The position numbers and the translations under genes are program-made. Shown here one piece after another: positions 41,621-54,555 of a DNA stretch of 64,000 bases (within the stretch, counting starts at the first letter, position 1; each line of letters opens with the position of its first letter). The notes below the pieces were generated by a model. The model ran no database searches and was not told where the DNA came from. It saw nothing but the letters and a program-made list of their open reading frames with translations. The DNA lies in assembly GCF_964194025.1 (NCBI RefSeq), contig NC_134475.1, forward strand, positions 44,206,001-44,270,000, given 5' to 3'. The DNA is from Convolutriloba macropyga (Eukaryota).

Positions 41621-43230
41621 TGTTAATCATTTTCTGTTACGTGCTTTTGTTTATGTATGCATCTCGATGAATGTCGCTTTAACTTGTTTTGCACTCTCTC
41701 GGTCGCTTTAAATTGTCTTTAGGTTTGGTGGCTTGGGTGAGAACCTAATTTTACGCTTCAGATGATCACGAATTTTTTCATTAGGATGTGGTCAACCTTT
41801 TGATAGAAAACCTTTATTTTATTAAGTCATACTGAGCCTTCGTGCTAACTAAGGCAGGCTTCCTTTTAGTTAACTTCTTTCACTGAAATGATTCTTAATT
41901 TTTTTCTCCAGAAAATAGGTTATCGATGTTAAGTTCAGCGAATTATTTTATCAGTCGTACTAAAAATTGTCCTTGCGTTACAATTTGCTTCGTCTGAAAT
42001 AAGAAAATTTTAAAATTTCAAATGACCAAATGGTCACAAAATAATTACTTTTCAGTAATATCACGCAGTCAGCAAATGTCATTGCTTTGCGTCGTTTTAA
42101 ACCTTGATTAATGCTACTCTCTGGCATGGAAGTTAATGACGCGGCAGCGGGCGTTATTGGGGTTTCCTTTTCTATTTTTTATTCTCTCTTTAAATTAAAA
42201 CAAAATTAAATGTTGAATAACGTCGTATGGAAAAATTCAAATCCGAGCATACTTTGCAGTGTTTCACAATGTGTTATAACTATTCACACAAAAGGGGTTG
42301 AAATAATTTGATTTAATCCTATTTTGAAAAAAATATATAGCAAACTTTAACTCAGACTTGAACTTTCTGATTTTTTTATTATAATCAAAATTTGATTCTC
42401 AATATGAATGAAAAACGGTTTGAGAATATCGGAGTAAACTTTGCTTCTATACAGGTCAAATTTGGTTAGGCTGTCAAATAACTTAAATAAATTACAGAGA
42501 AAAGACACTACAAATTCTGATTAACCACTCAAGAACGAATTTTGCTTCAATACGACCTGCATGTCAATTCTAAATGCCCACGTTAACGAAGTTAAACTGA
42601 TTTTTTGCTGGCCCTTTAAGCTCTTTTTATGCTGCTAATAACGTGGCCTTACATGTCAACGTCCTATCTTTGGGGATTATCCGATATCAGCAACAAATCG
42701 AGTCGCAGACCAAACGTAGGGAAAGTGATAAAATAACAGATTCGAGTTTGAAATTTTGAGAATACGGGACAATATTGATTTTATGATCGTGGAGGAAAAT
42801 CGTGTTCCAGATTCAGTTTCCGTTTTAACTTTTTTGTAATAACCAGGTACTCGTAATAGTTACTAAATACGTTGACAAGCTCAAAGAATTTGATGAAGTG
42901 TGAGCATTCAATTTTGATTGTCATTCTGTTCTCACTGCATAATTTAGCCTTAAATGAAATTTCATTTAAAACACTCGGTCTCAACAGTAGATCACAAAAA
43001 GTCTGTCCCTTGTCGTAAACTGTCTGTCTCTTGTAATTTGCCAAGAATATTAATACAAGGCAGCAAAAAAAAATCAATTTTTTGCAGTGAATAAAGCAAT
43101 CTTTTTATGTCAACTTCAACCAGGAAACAAATAAGAGCCAAAAATAGTTTGGTGGATGTATCCATTAAAGAGAGGCCAGACACACATAAGTTGCTCTTCC
43201 GAATAAGCAGATAGAAAAAATGGCACCTTG

Positions 43231-43500
43231 ACCCGGGCCGTGGTTTTTTGCTGAATTTTCGTAAGAAATGCGGTGAAATACGGTGAAAAACAATAATTTT
43301 CACTGCGTATTTCTTACATCTTTTTGCGGTGAATGCGGCGAATCGCGGTGAACTATTTTTTTCACCGCTTTCTCAGTGGCGGTGAATTATTTTTTCACCG
43401 CTTGATGCGATGAATTATTTTTTTCACCGCATCTAGCAGTGAAAAAAAATAATTCACCGCTTGGGAGAACGCGGTGAAAAAAGATAATTCATCGCATTAA
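43231..43500. mobile_element. fragment of the GCGGTGAA/TTCACCGC-rich non-autonomous TIR element
   Basis: Dense inverted GCGGTGAA/TTCACCGC motifs; begins with a variant of the family terminus. Confidence 0.6.
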
Positions 43501-44275
43501 GAACTTCACATATCACCAACAAAAATTAACTCTAAAATACTTTTTTAGGTGAACAATTGTAAACTTTCACTTTTATCTATGCATTTTTGCAACTGTTTTG
43601 ATGAAAAATGAGCTTTTACAATTGAGACGTGTGATCGAGCACGATTCACTTTCCAACTAATTGAAATGGAGTGCATATTTTTGTCAATACGGCGGTTGAT
43701 TCTAAATAAGCCTCCAAGACCTTAAACAGTTCATTCCAAAATACAACTTATGATTTTCTTTTTGAGATTTGACTTCAAGTACTTGTTTGTCCAATTCTGT
43801 GTTTGTATTATCTGATTGGGACTTGTCAAATTTATATATTCGTGTTTTGCTATGTGCAGATAAGAACTGGAATACATGCGACAGCAGAGCTGTATCACTT
43901 TGTTGCCTTTAGATTGGCTCTGAAGGCCGACGCAAATTCTGTAACAACCATGCCATTTACCAAAAAAGACAAAATCAAAACCCGAGAATTCGGAAGGTAG
44001 TTGCTATTGTATTCTTCACATATACAAAGGTCACTATTACATGAAGTAGGGATCTTCGGCACACTTATAGGCTAAATGGAGTAAATCTAGTTTCTTCAAC
44101 TGAGCAACACAGAACAAGTATTGCCACTCTAAGTCTGTAATTTGAAGTGATCTCCTTTTCTTGTTCACGCAATTTACTCTTTTCAATTTCGTCACAGGTT
44201 GGGCAAATCTCGGCTCGTCCAATTTTTTTTGTAAAAACCTGAAAAATGTGTTTTGGTCGGACTATTTATGTCCTC

Positions 44276-44783
44276 CCAGGTCGAGGTTTGGTGGTGAATT
44301 TTCGTAGGAAATGCGTTGAAATGCGGTGCAAACCTATGTAAAATCTGAACTTCTAATTTTATGGCTGAATTATTAACATCAATGCAAAATTATGTTAGAT
44401 GTACGCCAAATTCAATGCAAAATTACATTAGATCGACGTTAAATTCAACGCAAAGTCATGTAGTATTGGCGCTCAAACGTAGATTTTACATAAATTCAAT
44501 GCATACAGAACCAAAATTACATAATTTTGCTTTTTTTAGCGTTGACATCTAGGCCTGGGAAGAGCCGTGAATTATTTTTTTTCATCGCATTCACCGATTT
44601 GACAGCATTTCTCACATTAATTTGCCATAATGGTCTATGCGTAGAATTTTTCTAAGATATGCGGTGAATTTCGTGTGAATTTTTGTAAGAAAAGCGGTGA
44701 ATTATTTTTTCACCGCTTTCACCGCAATCACCGAATTTCTTACGATAATTCACCGCATTCACCGCATTTCTTCACCGAAAAAC
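44276..44783. mobile_element. non-autonomous TIR element (terminus ~CACGGGTCGAGG)
   Basis: CAGGGTCGAGGTTTGGTGGTGAA at left, TTCACCGAAAAACCTCTACCCGTG at right, subterminal GCGGTGAA repeats. Confidence 0.7.
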
Positions 44784-45346
44784 CTCTACCCGTGGAGAAA
44801 GGGTCATGAGGATCAGGTCTGCAATGATATTGTACACTCAAATGCAAAATAACTTTTTTGATTTGGAAATAAAGGCCTATTTCTTTATAAAAACCTTTCT
44901 TTGCCGCACTATTGAAATCGCGAGCGTATATATAATGCACTCGCGTTTTCGATTGACTTATAGTAATATATTTACTGGTCAGTGGGAATCATATGCAAAA
45001 TTAAAACAAAGACACTCAAAACGATTTTTGTAGACCCACTATTTGATAGATATGAAAAGAATTTATCTCAAATGTATTGAGAATACAAAAATATTCTTGT
45101 TTGATATGGGAATTGACTTTATCTTTGCGGCTATATATTAAGTTCCTGAAACAACACAACATATGTTTACGGTTTATCCCAGCTTTGTAGCCTCAACGGT
45201 AAAAACTCTTGTTTGATTTAAACAGCAAAGTGCATCCCTTCCCAGGCTGAGACCCCAGGCCGAAACTTGATATTTCCAGACCGAAATTAAAGAACGCACT
45301 AAATTGGTGTCATGCGTTCAAAATTACACGATCTGGAAACACGAAT

Positions 45347-45444
45347 GAAAGCATGATAGTCTGGACATAGATAACTTTGAACGCATGATAGTCTGGACAT
45401 AGGCAACTTTGAACGCAAGATAGTCGGGACATAGGCAACTTTGA
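45347..45444. repeat. 32-bp minisatellite x3 inside a CCCAGGCTGA-ended repeat
   Basis: GCATGATAGTCTGGACATAG..AACTTTGAAC at 45351, 45383, 45415; related element at 52808-53064. Confidence 0.85.
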
Positions 45445-45639
45445 CAAACTTGTTTGCAAACATTTGCAAATGTAGTACTTTATTTACAAAAAATAGAAAT
45501 CCTTTTGCAAGTTTTTAATTGCTCTCAAACGCAGTTTGTAGCAATTATATTAGTCCTGTCGGCTAGCCCCCCCCCCCCCCCCCCTCCCGTGGCTAGCTAC
45601 TGACGAACAACCACTCGCTAAAAACGCAATTTTTTACTA

Positions 45640-46450
45640 TTTTGCAATTTTTTTCAAGCTTTTTGAAAATTTTTGAAAACTTTTGATTTTTATCAGCCCT
45701 AGGTGTCAAAGAACCTCCTCTAGGGTCCGACAATAGGTTACTGCATTGTTTCTAGTTGTAATTGAATGGTTTCAACATTTTAAAATCACGAATTTTAGCA
45801 ATTTTTGGCAAAACGTGCAATTTTTTCAAATTTTTTGACATTTTTCCCCCTTTTCAGGTCTTTCCAGGGGCCAAGAAACATCCTAAGGGGTTTGATAATA
45901 AGTTACTGACAATTTCTCAATGGCGATGGAATAGTTTTCAACTTTTTAATGTCATAAATGTTAGCAATTTTATAGCTTTTTTTCAAGTTTTCTGGAAACT
46001 TTTGTAGTTTTTTTAGAATTTAGCAGCCTCAAGAGCCAAGAAACCTCCTCTAGTGTTTGAAAATAGAGAACTGAATAATTTTTAGATTAAATGGAATGTC
46101 TTGTAAGATTTTAACATCACGAATTTTGGCATATTTTTGATATTTTTTTTGCCGTTTTTCAATTTTTTGGCATTTATAGTCATTATTCAGATTTTTTGAG
46201 CCTCAAGGGTCAAAAAACCTCCGTTAGGGTTTGATAATAAGTTAGTGGAAAATTTTCGTTGGCCATGGATTATTTTTCAACTTTTTAATATCACAAGTTT
46301 TGGCAATTTTTTAAAACAAAGCTTGCAATTTTTTGTCTTTTTTTTAGGTTTCTCTGGCCTCAAGAGACACGGAATTTCTTCTAGGGTTTGATAATATTTT
46401 ATTGCATAGTCTATAGATGTAATGGGAAGATTTCTTTCTGCAAGATTTTA
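45640..46450. repeat. diverged ~165-bp tandem repeat, ~5 copies
   Basis: AGCCTCAAG.G.CAAGAAACCTCCTCTAGGGTTTGATAAT-like core at ~45695, 45862, 46026, 46199, 46356. Confidence 0.8.
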
Positions 46451-46669
46451 ATATCAGTAATTTATAATTTAATTTTCATTTTAATATATTAATCCTCTTT
46501 GTCCTTTATGCAATTTTTCGCTAGGCCGATTTTTTGTCTGACGCATTTGACTTTCGTCTTCAGAAACGGGATAAAGTGGTAGTGTCCTGAGGTCACTAAA
46601 CCGTGGCTAGCTGTTGACGGTCGTTTGAGAGCAATTCGCCCGACGTTAGTCAGTTATGTTCTGTAAATT

Positions 46670-49600
46670 TGATCTTAGGTTTCAATTAGGACACTTTTTA
46701 GAATAACATCAAAATTTCGATTTCAAAAATTCTCATTTCTTTCAAAATGACAAGATTTATTTATGTATAGCTAGTGTTTATGTATAACTAGAGAACTTAT
46801 TCTTTAGACTGATATAGCTTTGATTTATTCTTTCAAAAACCTTTATTTGCTTTAAACCTATTACCGTAAGGATACCGACCTTTTTATATAAATTCCTACA
46901 GATTTGAACATCGAGTTATGAAAAGACCATGCTTGACAAAAAAGGCATATGAAAAGACTTATGGGCAACCCATGAAAAGTTTTTTCCTCGACTTTAAGGA
47001 GGAAACTTGACTAAAAAAAAACGTTAAACCAAAAAGGCCTTCACGAAAAGAAAATGTTGGCAATTTCCTACGGCCAGTTTGAAACCCTTGGTCGTGTAAA
47101 TAGTGATCAAGGTTAAAACCTTGTCTCCCTTGACACGATTGTAGAAAGATTTTATCTTTGCTTTAATAATAATTAGGCGAAACGTAAATTTTGATACAGC
47201 TCATTGGGTTCATTTCATCAACATTCAACGCATTCAGCTCACAATGTTCAACTGACTCTTTCAAATTTGTACAGGTAATATTAAATTAAACGTAATGCTT
47301 TTCTTCGTGATGATTTTTATTTGAATTATTGTTTTAAAAATTTATCGATACTCACAAAAAACGTGTACTTCAATATTATGCAACGTTTTTTTTTCGAAGT
47401 GAGGATGGATTCAGATTAGATTAATGACCTCTTTAAACGAAAACAAAAAAATTAGAGGTTATAAACTTATTCGTTATATAAATTAGACGTTATAAAAATT
47501 TTCGAACATTATTGTGACAGTTGCAAAACTTGATAAATTTTAAAATTTGTTCGCAAATATTTGCAAATTGAACACGTTATTTTGCAAATATTGTAAATTC
47601 TTTTGCTAATTTTTGCAAAAATGACCTTAGGTTTCAATAAGCGCAGTTTTTAACAATATATTAAATATAAAATTCAATTTCCTTCAAAATAACAAGATTT
47701 ATTAATATATAGCTATCGAACTTGAGAACTTTTTATTTAGACTGATACAGCGTTGATATGTTCTTCTAAAAATGTTCTTCCAAAAGCCTATTACCAGATT
47801 GTTACCTTGGTTTTTAAATAAAGGGCTCCAGGTTTGAACATCGAGTTATCCACAGCCCATGCTTGGCCAAAAGGCGCTTGAAAAAACCTTTGGGCAACGC
47901 ATGGGAAGATCTTCCCTCGTCTTCAAGGAGGAAGCTCAACTATTTTTACTCAATAGAGGTCTTCCCCAATAGAAACTTTTAGCAGTTTCCTAAGTCCATG
48001 TCTCTTTGTTGCGTAAATTCTGCTGAAGCCTAAACCCTTGCCTCCTTTTTTGAGATAGGGACGGGATTGTAGAAAGATCCAATCTTTGCTATATTCATAT
48101 TTAGTTGAAAAAAAAACTGATTAGCTGCTTTTGCTCAACAATCCACGCATTCAGCTCACATCCTTCGCATTGCGCTCGCTATCTTAACTTTGTATAAGTA
48201 TAATCCTTTCATAATTCTGCTGAAGCCTAAACCCTTGCCTCCTTTTTTGAGATAGGGACGGGATTGTAGAAAGATCCAATCTTTGCTATATTCATATTTA
48301 GTTGAAAAAAAAACTGATTAGGTGCTTTTGCTCAACAATCCACGCATTCAGCTCACATCCTTCGCATTGCGCTCGCTATCTTAACTTTGTATAAGTATAA
48401 TCCTTTCATAATTAATGCCTATTTTCGTGGTGTTTATTAATACAAATATATTTTTAGAATTTATCGACGCCCATGAAATAATTTTACATTCATATTTTGC
48501 GACTTTTTCATTTTTTAAAAGTGAAGAGGCCTCATGTTTAGATTAAAGATTTTGTTGAAGACTTTTTGAACCAGTTTTTGATTGCAAAATCTAAGTTTAA
48601 ATTTATTTCAAAAAATTGCAAATTAATGTCGGAGTCATAATCTTGTTTAAAATTAAAGTCAAAGTTTGTATATGAAAATGGTTTTCAAAAAATTGTGAGA
48701 ATTTGTAATAATTTGCAAATTTCTGTCGAAATTTCAATACCTCTTTGCGAACCTTTGGAAATGTAATATTTAACTTCACAAAATTTTAAAATCAATTTGC
48801 TAATTTTTGCAAACTTAACCTAAGGTTTCAATTGGGTCACTTTTTAGCATTACTTTAATATATCAATTCAGAAATTTTTCTAGTCTTTCAAAACAATGAT
48901 ATTTATATATGTATAGTTTTCGAACTTAAGAACTCAGTATTTAGACTGATACAGCCTTGATGTGTTCTTCCAAAAATTCTCAGGTTCCTTAAAGCTATTT
49001 TCAGAAGGATACTTTTGTTTTGTTTTAATTAAATGACTCCAGATTTGAACCTCGAGTTATGAAAAGAATATGCCTGACCAAACAGGCGCATGAAAAGACC
49101 TTCGCAGGACCCATGAAAAGAGCTTTCATCAACATTAAGAAGGGAGCCCGACTTATTTCACTCAATAAATGCTTTCCCCAATAGACACTTTTAAAGCGTC
49201 AGAAGTCCAGGCCTATATCTTTGCTCGCGTAAATATTGATCAAGCTTGAATCATTTCCTTCCCTATTGCGATAGAGAAAGCGATTGTTGAAATATCCGAT
49301 CTTTGCTATATTCATAATTATGCAAAATGTAATATCACTGGTCGAGGATTTTGGGTAAATTTTTGTAAAAAATGCGGCGAATGCGGTGAATTTTTATAAG
49401 AAATGCGGTGATTGCGGTAAAAGCGGTGAAAAAAAATATTTCACCGCTTTTTTTACAACAATTCAAGGCAAAACTCACTGCATTTTTTTACAAAATTTCA
49501 CTGCGTCAACTTTTGTGGCAAATTAATGTAAGAAATGCGGCGAAAACGGTGAAATCTGTGAAAAAAAAATAATTTACCGCATTTCACCGCAAGATGTATG

Positions 49601-49915
49601 TGACAGTTGGTGCAGCGGATTAAGAGGTTGAAGGCATACAGGAGGTCAGAGGTTCCAGCCTCTGCAATGAACCTTTTTTTCTAAAAATACTGAGGACGCG
49701 GTGAAAATAAAAAATTCACCCGATTCATCGCTTTAACTGCAAAAAAGATGTAGGAAAAATGCAGTGAAAATTTTTTTCATAGCATTTCATCGCAATTCTT
49801 ACAAAAAATTGCCACCAAACCTCGACGCGGTTTTATAGGGGTGATTAGGTACATTTCCTCAACATTCAACGCATTAACCTTCATTCCTTCGCATTCAGCT
49901 CATTCTTTTAAATTT
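46670..49915 (+). repeat. three diverged ~1.0-1.2-kb tandem units, possibly decayed exon-bearing duplicates
   Basis: TAGGTTTCAAT...TTTAGACTGATA..GC...CAG.TTTGAAC.TCGAGTTAT recur at ~46670, ~47625, ~48820; copy 2 has a 197-bp internal tandem duplication (48016-48412); copy 3 is split by a TIR element. Confidence 0.75.
49336..49831. mobile_element. non-autonomous TIR element (GGTCGAGG family) with internal tRNA-like segment
   Basis: CACTGGTCGAGG ... CCTCGACGCGGT ends; interrupts a repeat unit whose paralogues lack it. Confidence 0.8.
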
Positions 49916-50024
49916 TATTCATATAATTAAATTATTCGTATTTTTTCATCTGTCCTAGCCCAAATATTTTCATTTGACAGTTCTTTTGACTCCACTGGCT
50001 TCAAATTCCCTTTTTCTTCTGAAA

Positions 50025-50908
50025 CACTCGGGTCGAGGTAAAACCGGAAAATTATGTAAGATATGTGTTGAAAAGTTTTTTTTTTCACCGCAAATTTTCT
50101 ACATAATTTTGCAGTGAAATGCTGTGCATGCGGTGAAATTATATAAGTTCACCGGAAGAGTAAGCGGTGAATTTACAAAAAGTTGCCTCATTTCTCCTCT
50201 TACTACTATCCTCCATCCTTGCACGGGTTCGAACCTCTCACCTCCTGCCTGTCAGCTACTTCTTCTTCCACTACGCCACCTCTCACTAACTTCCAGGGTT
50301 TTTGTTTTGAATTTAATTAAATCAAATTCATTCTACTTTCAGTTAAACATGCGCGTTAAATTTTTGTAAGATTTGCAATTTTTTGTGGTGAAATTACATT
50401 TTTGAGCGGTGAAATGTGGTGATTTTTTGTTCTCCGCTTACTCTAGTGGAGAAATTACATAAAATCGCCGCTTAGAAAATAGTGTCAAAAAGATGTTAGA
50501 TTAACTTATTCCCCATTGTTCATTTATCTTACATCGTTTTATTCCCCTAAAATTAACTCTAAATCTTGCATCTTTTAGACTCTTTTTTCTAAGCTGTGAA
50601 CTTATGTAAGTTCATCACTAAGCTAAGCGGTAAATTTATGTAATTTCATCGCATTCACCGCTTATCTTGCATAATTCGGACACTTTTTTCTAAGCGGTGA
50701 ATTTGTGTATTTACAGCGATAAATTCAGCGGTGAAATTATGTAATTTCACCGCTACCAGAAGATAAAGGTTTTTTTCACCGCATTCACCGCCTGATTTAT
50801 GTAATTTCACCCCATTCACCGCATTCATTTTATCTTACATAATTTTCCGCATTCGCCGCTCATCTTACATAATTTTGCGTTGATTGGTGGTGACACCTCG
50901 CCCCAGGC
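50025..50908. mobile_element. non-autonomous TIR element (GGTCGAGG family) with internal tRNA-like segment
   Basis: CGGGTCGAGGT ... ACCTCGCCCCAG ends, many GCGGTGAA/TTCACCGC subterminal motifs. Confidence 0.75.
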
Positions 50909-52385
50909 ACCGTTGAATGGTACTTGAATGTGGTCAACGTAATTATTATATCGAGACACGAAAGCCATAAAGAACGGATTTTATGGGCATTTTTAATGTA
51001 AAATTATGGGAATATGAGCACATATGTTGTTTTTAAGTGCTTTCTGATGGGTCAAGATTAATATTAATGCTCAATATTCCCACCAGATATCGGATAGAAA
51101 TTAAGAATATATCTTGAACAGCGTGTATGGCTACAGTAAAGCCAACACTCAAGATATAGGTTATGTTACCGTAAAAGGATCATGTTACTAAAAAACAGTT
51201 CTTTGGGCATCATTACCGAAAACTGACTCCCATAATCTTTTCCTCACAATATCAGCCCCCTCTCTTGACAAGTATAATGTGAATGAAAATTAACGACCCC
51301 TTATTTCTCTCACGTCAAGTCATATATTCCTATTACGGTTATTTCTGCTCTTGTGACATTCGCTACAACACGACATGTCACTTCATATCCGCTCAGCCCC
51401 TTTTTCTTACCTGCCTCGGGGTAAATTTTAATTGAAGTGAAATGAAAAACGGGTGAATTCTGGATGTTAGGGAAATAGTATTCCCAAAAAGTGAAATTGG
51501 ACACCCAAGCTTACTGGACTCTTTTTCCTTTTGCTATCTCCTTTTGCAGCCCAAAGGTGGAAATGAATCTAAATTTTCCCAATTTTACTCCGAAACAATT
51601 TCTGCCTCTTTATGAACAGATAAATCTTTCTCCCAGGTTTTGGTGGGAAAAATTTAAGGCCATAAATTTGCAATTCAAATTAAACCGAGAGTTGAGGTGG
51701 CATATATATGATATGCATTTTCTACTTCCATCGGGCAATTTTCCCTAATTTTGAGGCTGAAGTTGAACATCGGTGGGGGTGGTTTTTGTGTTTTTTATTC
51801 AACCCAGTTTACCTTCTGAGCCATTTTTCTCTTCAATTTATGGACAAATTTAATTCCTAATCCCCAGCTTTGCAGGGAATTTGTTTCCTCGTGTACAAAT
51901 TCCTAATTTGTCATCTGACCTGTTTTCAAAATATAAATTCACTTTTGGCCGCTGTTCGATAACAAAAAAATCAATAATTCAATTTTTAATACTTTTGGAC
52001 AGATTTTTACTCCACAAATACTTCAAATGTGATTTTTCACCGAAGAATAGAGATTCTTGCATTTATTTTTGTTCATAGTTTTTTTCGCAGAATAAAAATT
52101 AACTCCAAAACAATGGTAGAATCATTTCCTTAACTTTATTACCATTATTTGTTTCATTTTAAAATTTTATATTCATGCTTTGCTATCACAGTGCAGTTAG
52201 ATTGCGGCAATTATTACAAAACTCTGATTTATAAAATACAGGATCCGATCCATTCAGAAAAAATATCTATTACTCATTGTAAAATTTGTAATTAGACAGT
52301 GGAAAATAGTTATTGATCATAACTCACGTCGAGTTACTGTTAGTTCAACTTAGGTTATCACATTAGATCATTCGAATTAGCAAAA

Positions 52386-52624
52386 ATGTCCGAATTAATT
52401 GCAAATAATATCAGCAGGTCTGGTGAAGTTGATGAAGAATTTGTCAATACTCTTTTGACCTTTTTGCCCGGAGTAGCAAGCCGCTGTACGATAGTGTTTG
52501 CAGTTCTTGGTGTGATTGGAAGTTGTGCTGTTGTTTGTGTTTACAACTGGAACTACTCCCCCAATGCAAGCGAGACCATAATCACTCTTTACAGTATCAC
52601 AGATGGAGTTTTTGTTATTCTAAA
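52386..52624 (+). CDS. first exon of a probable rhodopsin-like GPCR (N-terminus, TM1, TM2)
   Basis: ATG in AAAAATG context, N-glycosylation sequon NIS, TM1 with VLGVIGS (cf. GxxGN), TM2 with LYSITD (cf. LAxxD), then GTTAGT donor at 52625. Rest of gene not seen (gap follows). Confidence 0.6.
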
Positions 52625-52807
52625 GTTAGTGTTTGTTTTAAATTATTAACATAATTAACACAAGTCTAGATCCCGACTTCATAAAAAATAAACTGTCAAA
52701 AATAAGACGAGGACAACAGGTGCCATTACTCTCGGAGTGTTTTGTTGATATAACCTAATGAATTTTTTTGGTGTTCCACGAAATATCTTTGCATGAATAA
52801 GTTTCTA

Positions 52808-53064
52808 CCCAGGTTGAGCTACCACCAAATGGAATTAAGCACATACAGGCCGAATATGAACGCACGCGGGGGCGTGGTGATTGCGAAAAAATATAGTCTG
52901 GAAACATCGAAAAAGGCACGAACGTCTAAATATGAACGCAAAAAAGTCTGAACATGAATGGACATAAGTCTGAAAATAAACAAGCTAAATTCTGAAAATG
53001 GACGCGATGACAGTTTTTATAATGAAAAGTCTAAAAAAGAAAGCAGCATTTTTTTCAGCCTTGG
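52808..53064. mobile_element. small MITE-like element
   Basis: CCCAGGTTGA...TCAGCCTTGG imperfect TIRs; internal TGAACGCA/AGTCTG motifs shared with 45241-45444. Confidence 0.45.
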
Positions 53065-53098
53065 TGAAAATCTAGTACTTATCAGATGAGTTTTAGCA

Positions 53099-53100
<2 letters not shown>

Positions 53101-53160
<60 letters not shown>
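53101..53160. repeat. (CT)n microsatellite
   Basis: 30 CT units running into the gap. Confidence 0.99.
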
Positions 53161-53360
53161 NNNNNNNNNNNNNNNNNNNNNNNNNNNNNNNNNNNNNNNN
53201 NNNNNNNNNNNNNNNNNNNNNNNNNNNNNNNNNNNNNNNNNNNNNNNNNNNNNNNNNNNNNNNNNNNNNNNNNNNNNNNNNNNNNNNNNNNNNNNNNNNN
53301 NNNNNNNNNNNNNNNNNNNNNNNNNNNNNNNNNNNNNNNNNNNNNNNNNNNNNNNNNNNN
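53161..53360. other. assembly gap (200 N)
   Basis: N run. Confidence 0.99.
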
Positions 53361-54437
53361 CTTGAGCTAGCTAGCTAGCTTGAGCTAGCTAGCTAGCTTG
53401 AGCTTGAGCTTGAGCTTGAGCTAGCTAGCTTGAGCTTGAGCTAGCTAGCTAGCTTGAGCTTGAGCTAGCTAGCCAGCTTGAGCTTGAGCTAGCTAGCTAG
53501 CTTGAGCTTGAGCTTGAGCTAGCTAGCTTGAGCTTGAGCTTGAGCTAGCTAGCTAGCTTGAGCTTGAGCTAGCTAGCTAGCTTGAGCTTGAGCTTGAGCT
53601 AGCTAGCTTGAGCTTGAGCTTGAGCTAGCTAGCTAGCTTGAGCTTGAGCTAGCTAGCTTGAGCTTGAGCTAGCTAGCTTGAGATTGAGCTAGCTAGCTAG
53701 CTTGTGCTTGAGCTAGCTAGCTAGCTTGAGCTTGAGCTTGAGCTAGCTGGCTTGAGCTTGAGCTAGCTAGCTTGAGCTTGAGCTAGCTAGCTTGAGCTTG
53801 AGCTAGCTAGCTAGCTTGAACTTGAGCTAGCTAGCTAGCTTGAGCTTGAGCTTGAGCTAGCTAGCTAGCTTGAGCTTGAGCTAGCTAGCTAGCTTGAGCT
53901 TGAGCTTGAGCTAGCTAGCTTGAGCTTGAGCTTGAGCTAGCTAGCTAGCTTGAGCTTGAGCTAGCTAGCTTGAGCTTGAGCTAGCTAGCTTGAGCTTGAG
54001 CTAGCTAGCTAGCTTGAGCTTGAGCTAGCTAGCTAGCTTGAACTTGAGCTAGCTAGCTAGCTTGAGCTTGAGCTAGCTAGCTAGCTTGAGCTAGCTAGCT
54101 AGCTTGAGCTTGAGCTTGAGCTTGAGCTAGCTAGCTTGAGCTTGAGCTAGCTAGCTAGCTTGAGCTTGAGCTAGCTAGCTAGCTTGAGCTTGAGCTAGCT
54201 AGCTAGCTTGAGCTTGAGCTTGAGCTAGCTAGCTTGAGCTTGAGCTTGAGCTAGCTAGCTAGCTTGAGCTTGAGCTAGCTAGCTTGAGCTTGAGCTAGCT
54301 AGCTTGAGCTTGAGCTAGCTAGCTAGCTTGAGCTTGAGCTAGCTAGCTAGCTTGAGCTTGAGCTAGCTGGCTTGAGCTTGAGCTAGATAGCTTGAGCTTG
54401 AGCTAGCTAGCTAGCTTGAGCTAGCTAGCTAGAGCTC
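53361..54437. repeat. compound AGCT-rich satellite of CTTGAG and CTAG units
   Basis: Irregular alternation of (CTTGAG)1-4 and (CTAG)2-3 for >1 kb, directly upstream of the rDNA IGS repeats. Confidence 0.97.
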
Positions 54438-54497
54438 GACCTATGAAAAGCTGCGCAAACACTTATTCTATAATAATTGCGAAAATTAAAAATTTCA

Positions 54498-54555
54498 CAA
54501 GTGAAAAGCTGCATAAACAGTAATTCTATGTGTGGGGCATTATTAGGGGGAGGTG
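54498..54555 (+). promoter_or_regulatory. putative Pol I spacer promoter 1 (+1 ~54545)
   Basis: AAGTGAAAAGCTGCA..AATTCTATGTGTGGGGCATTATTAGGGGGAGG duplicates the sequence at 58092-58145. Confidence 0.7.

Noticed and set aside
53361-54437. Telomeric repeat or Ig switch region
   Set aside because: Not TTAGGG-like or strand-biased G-rich; AGCT density resembles switch regions only superficially and there is no Ig context.
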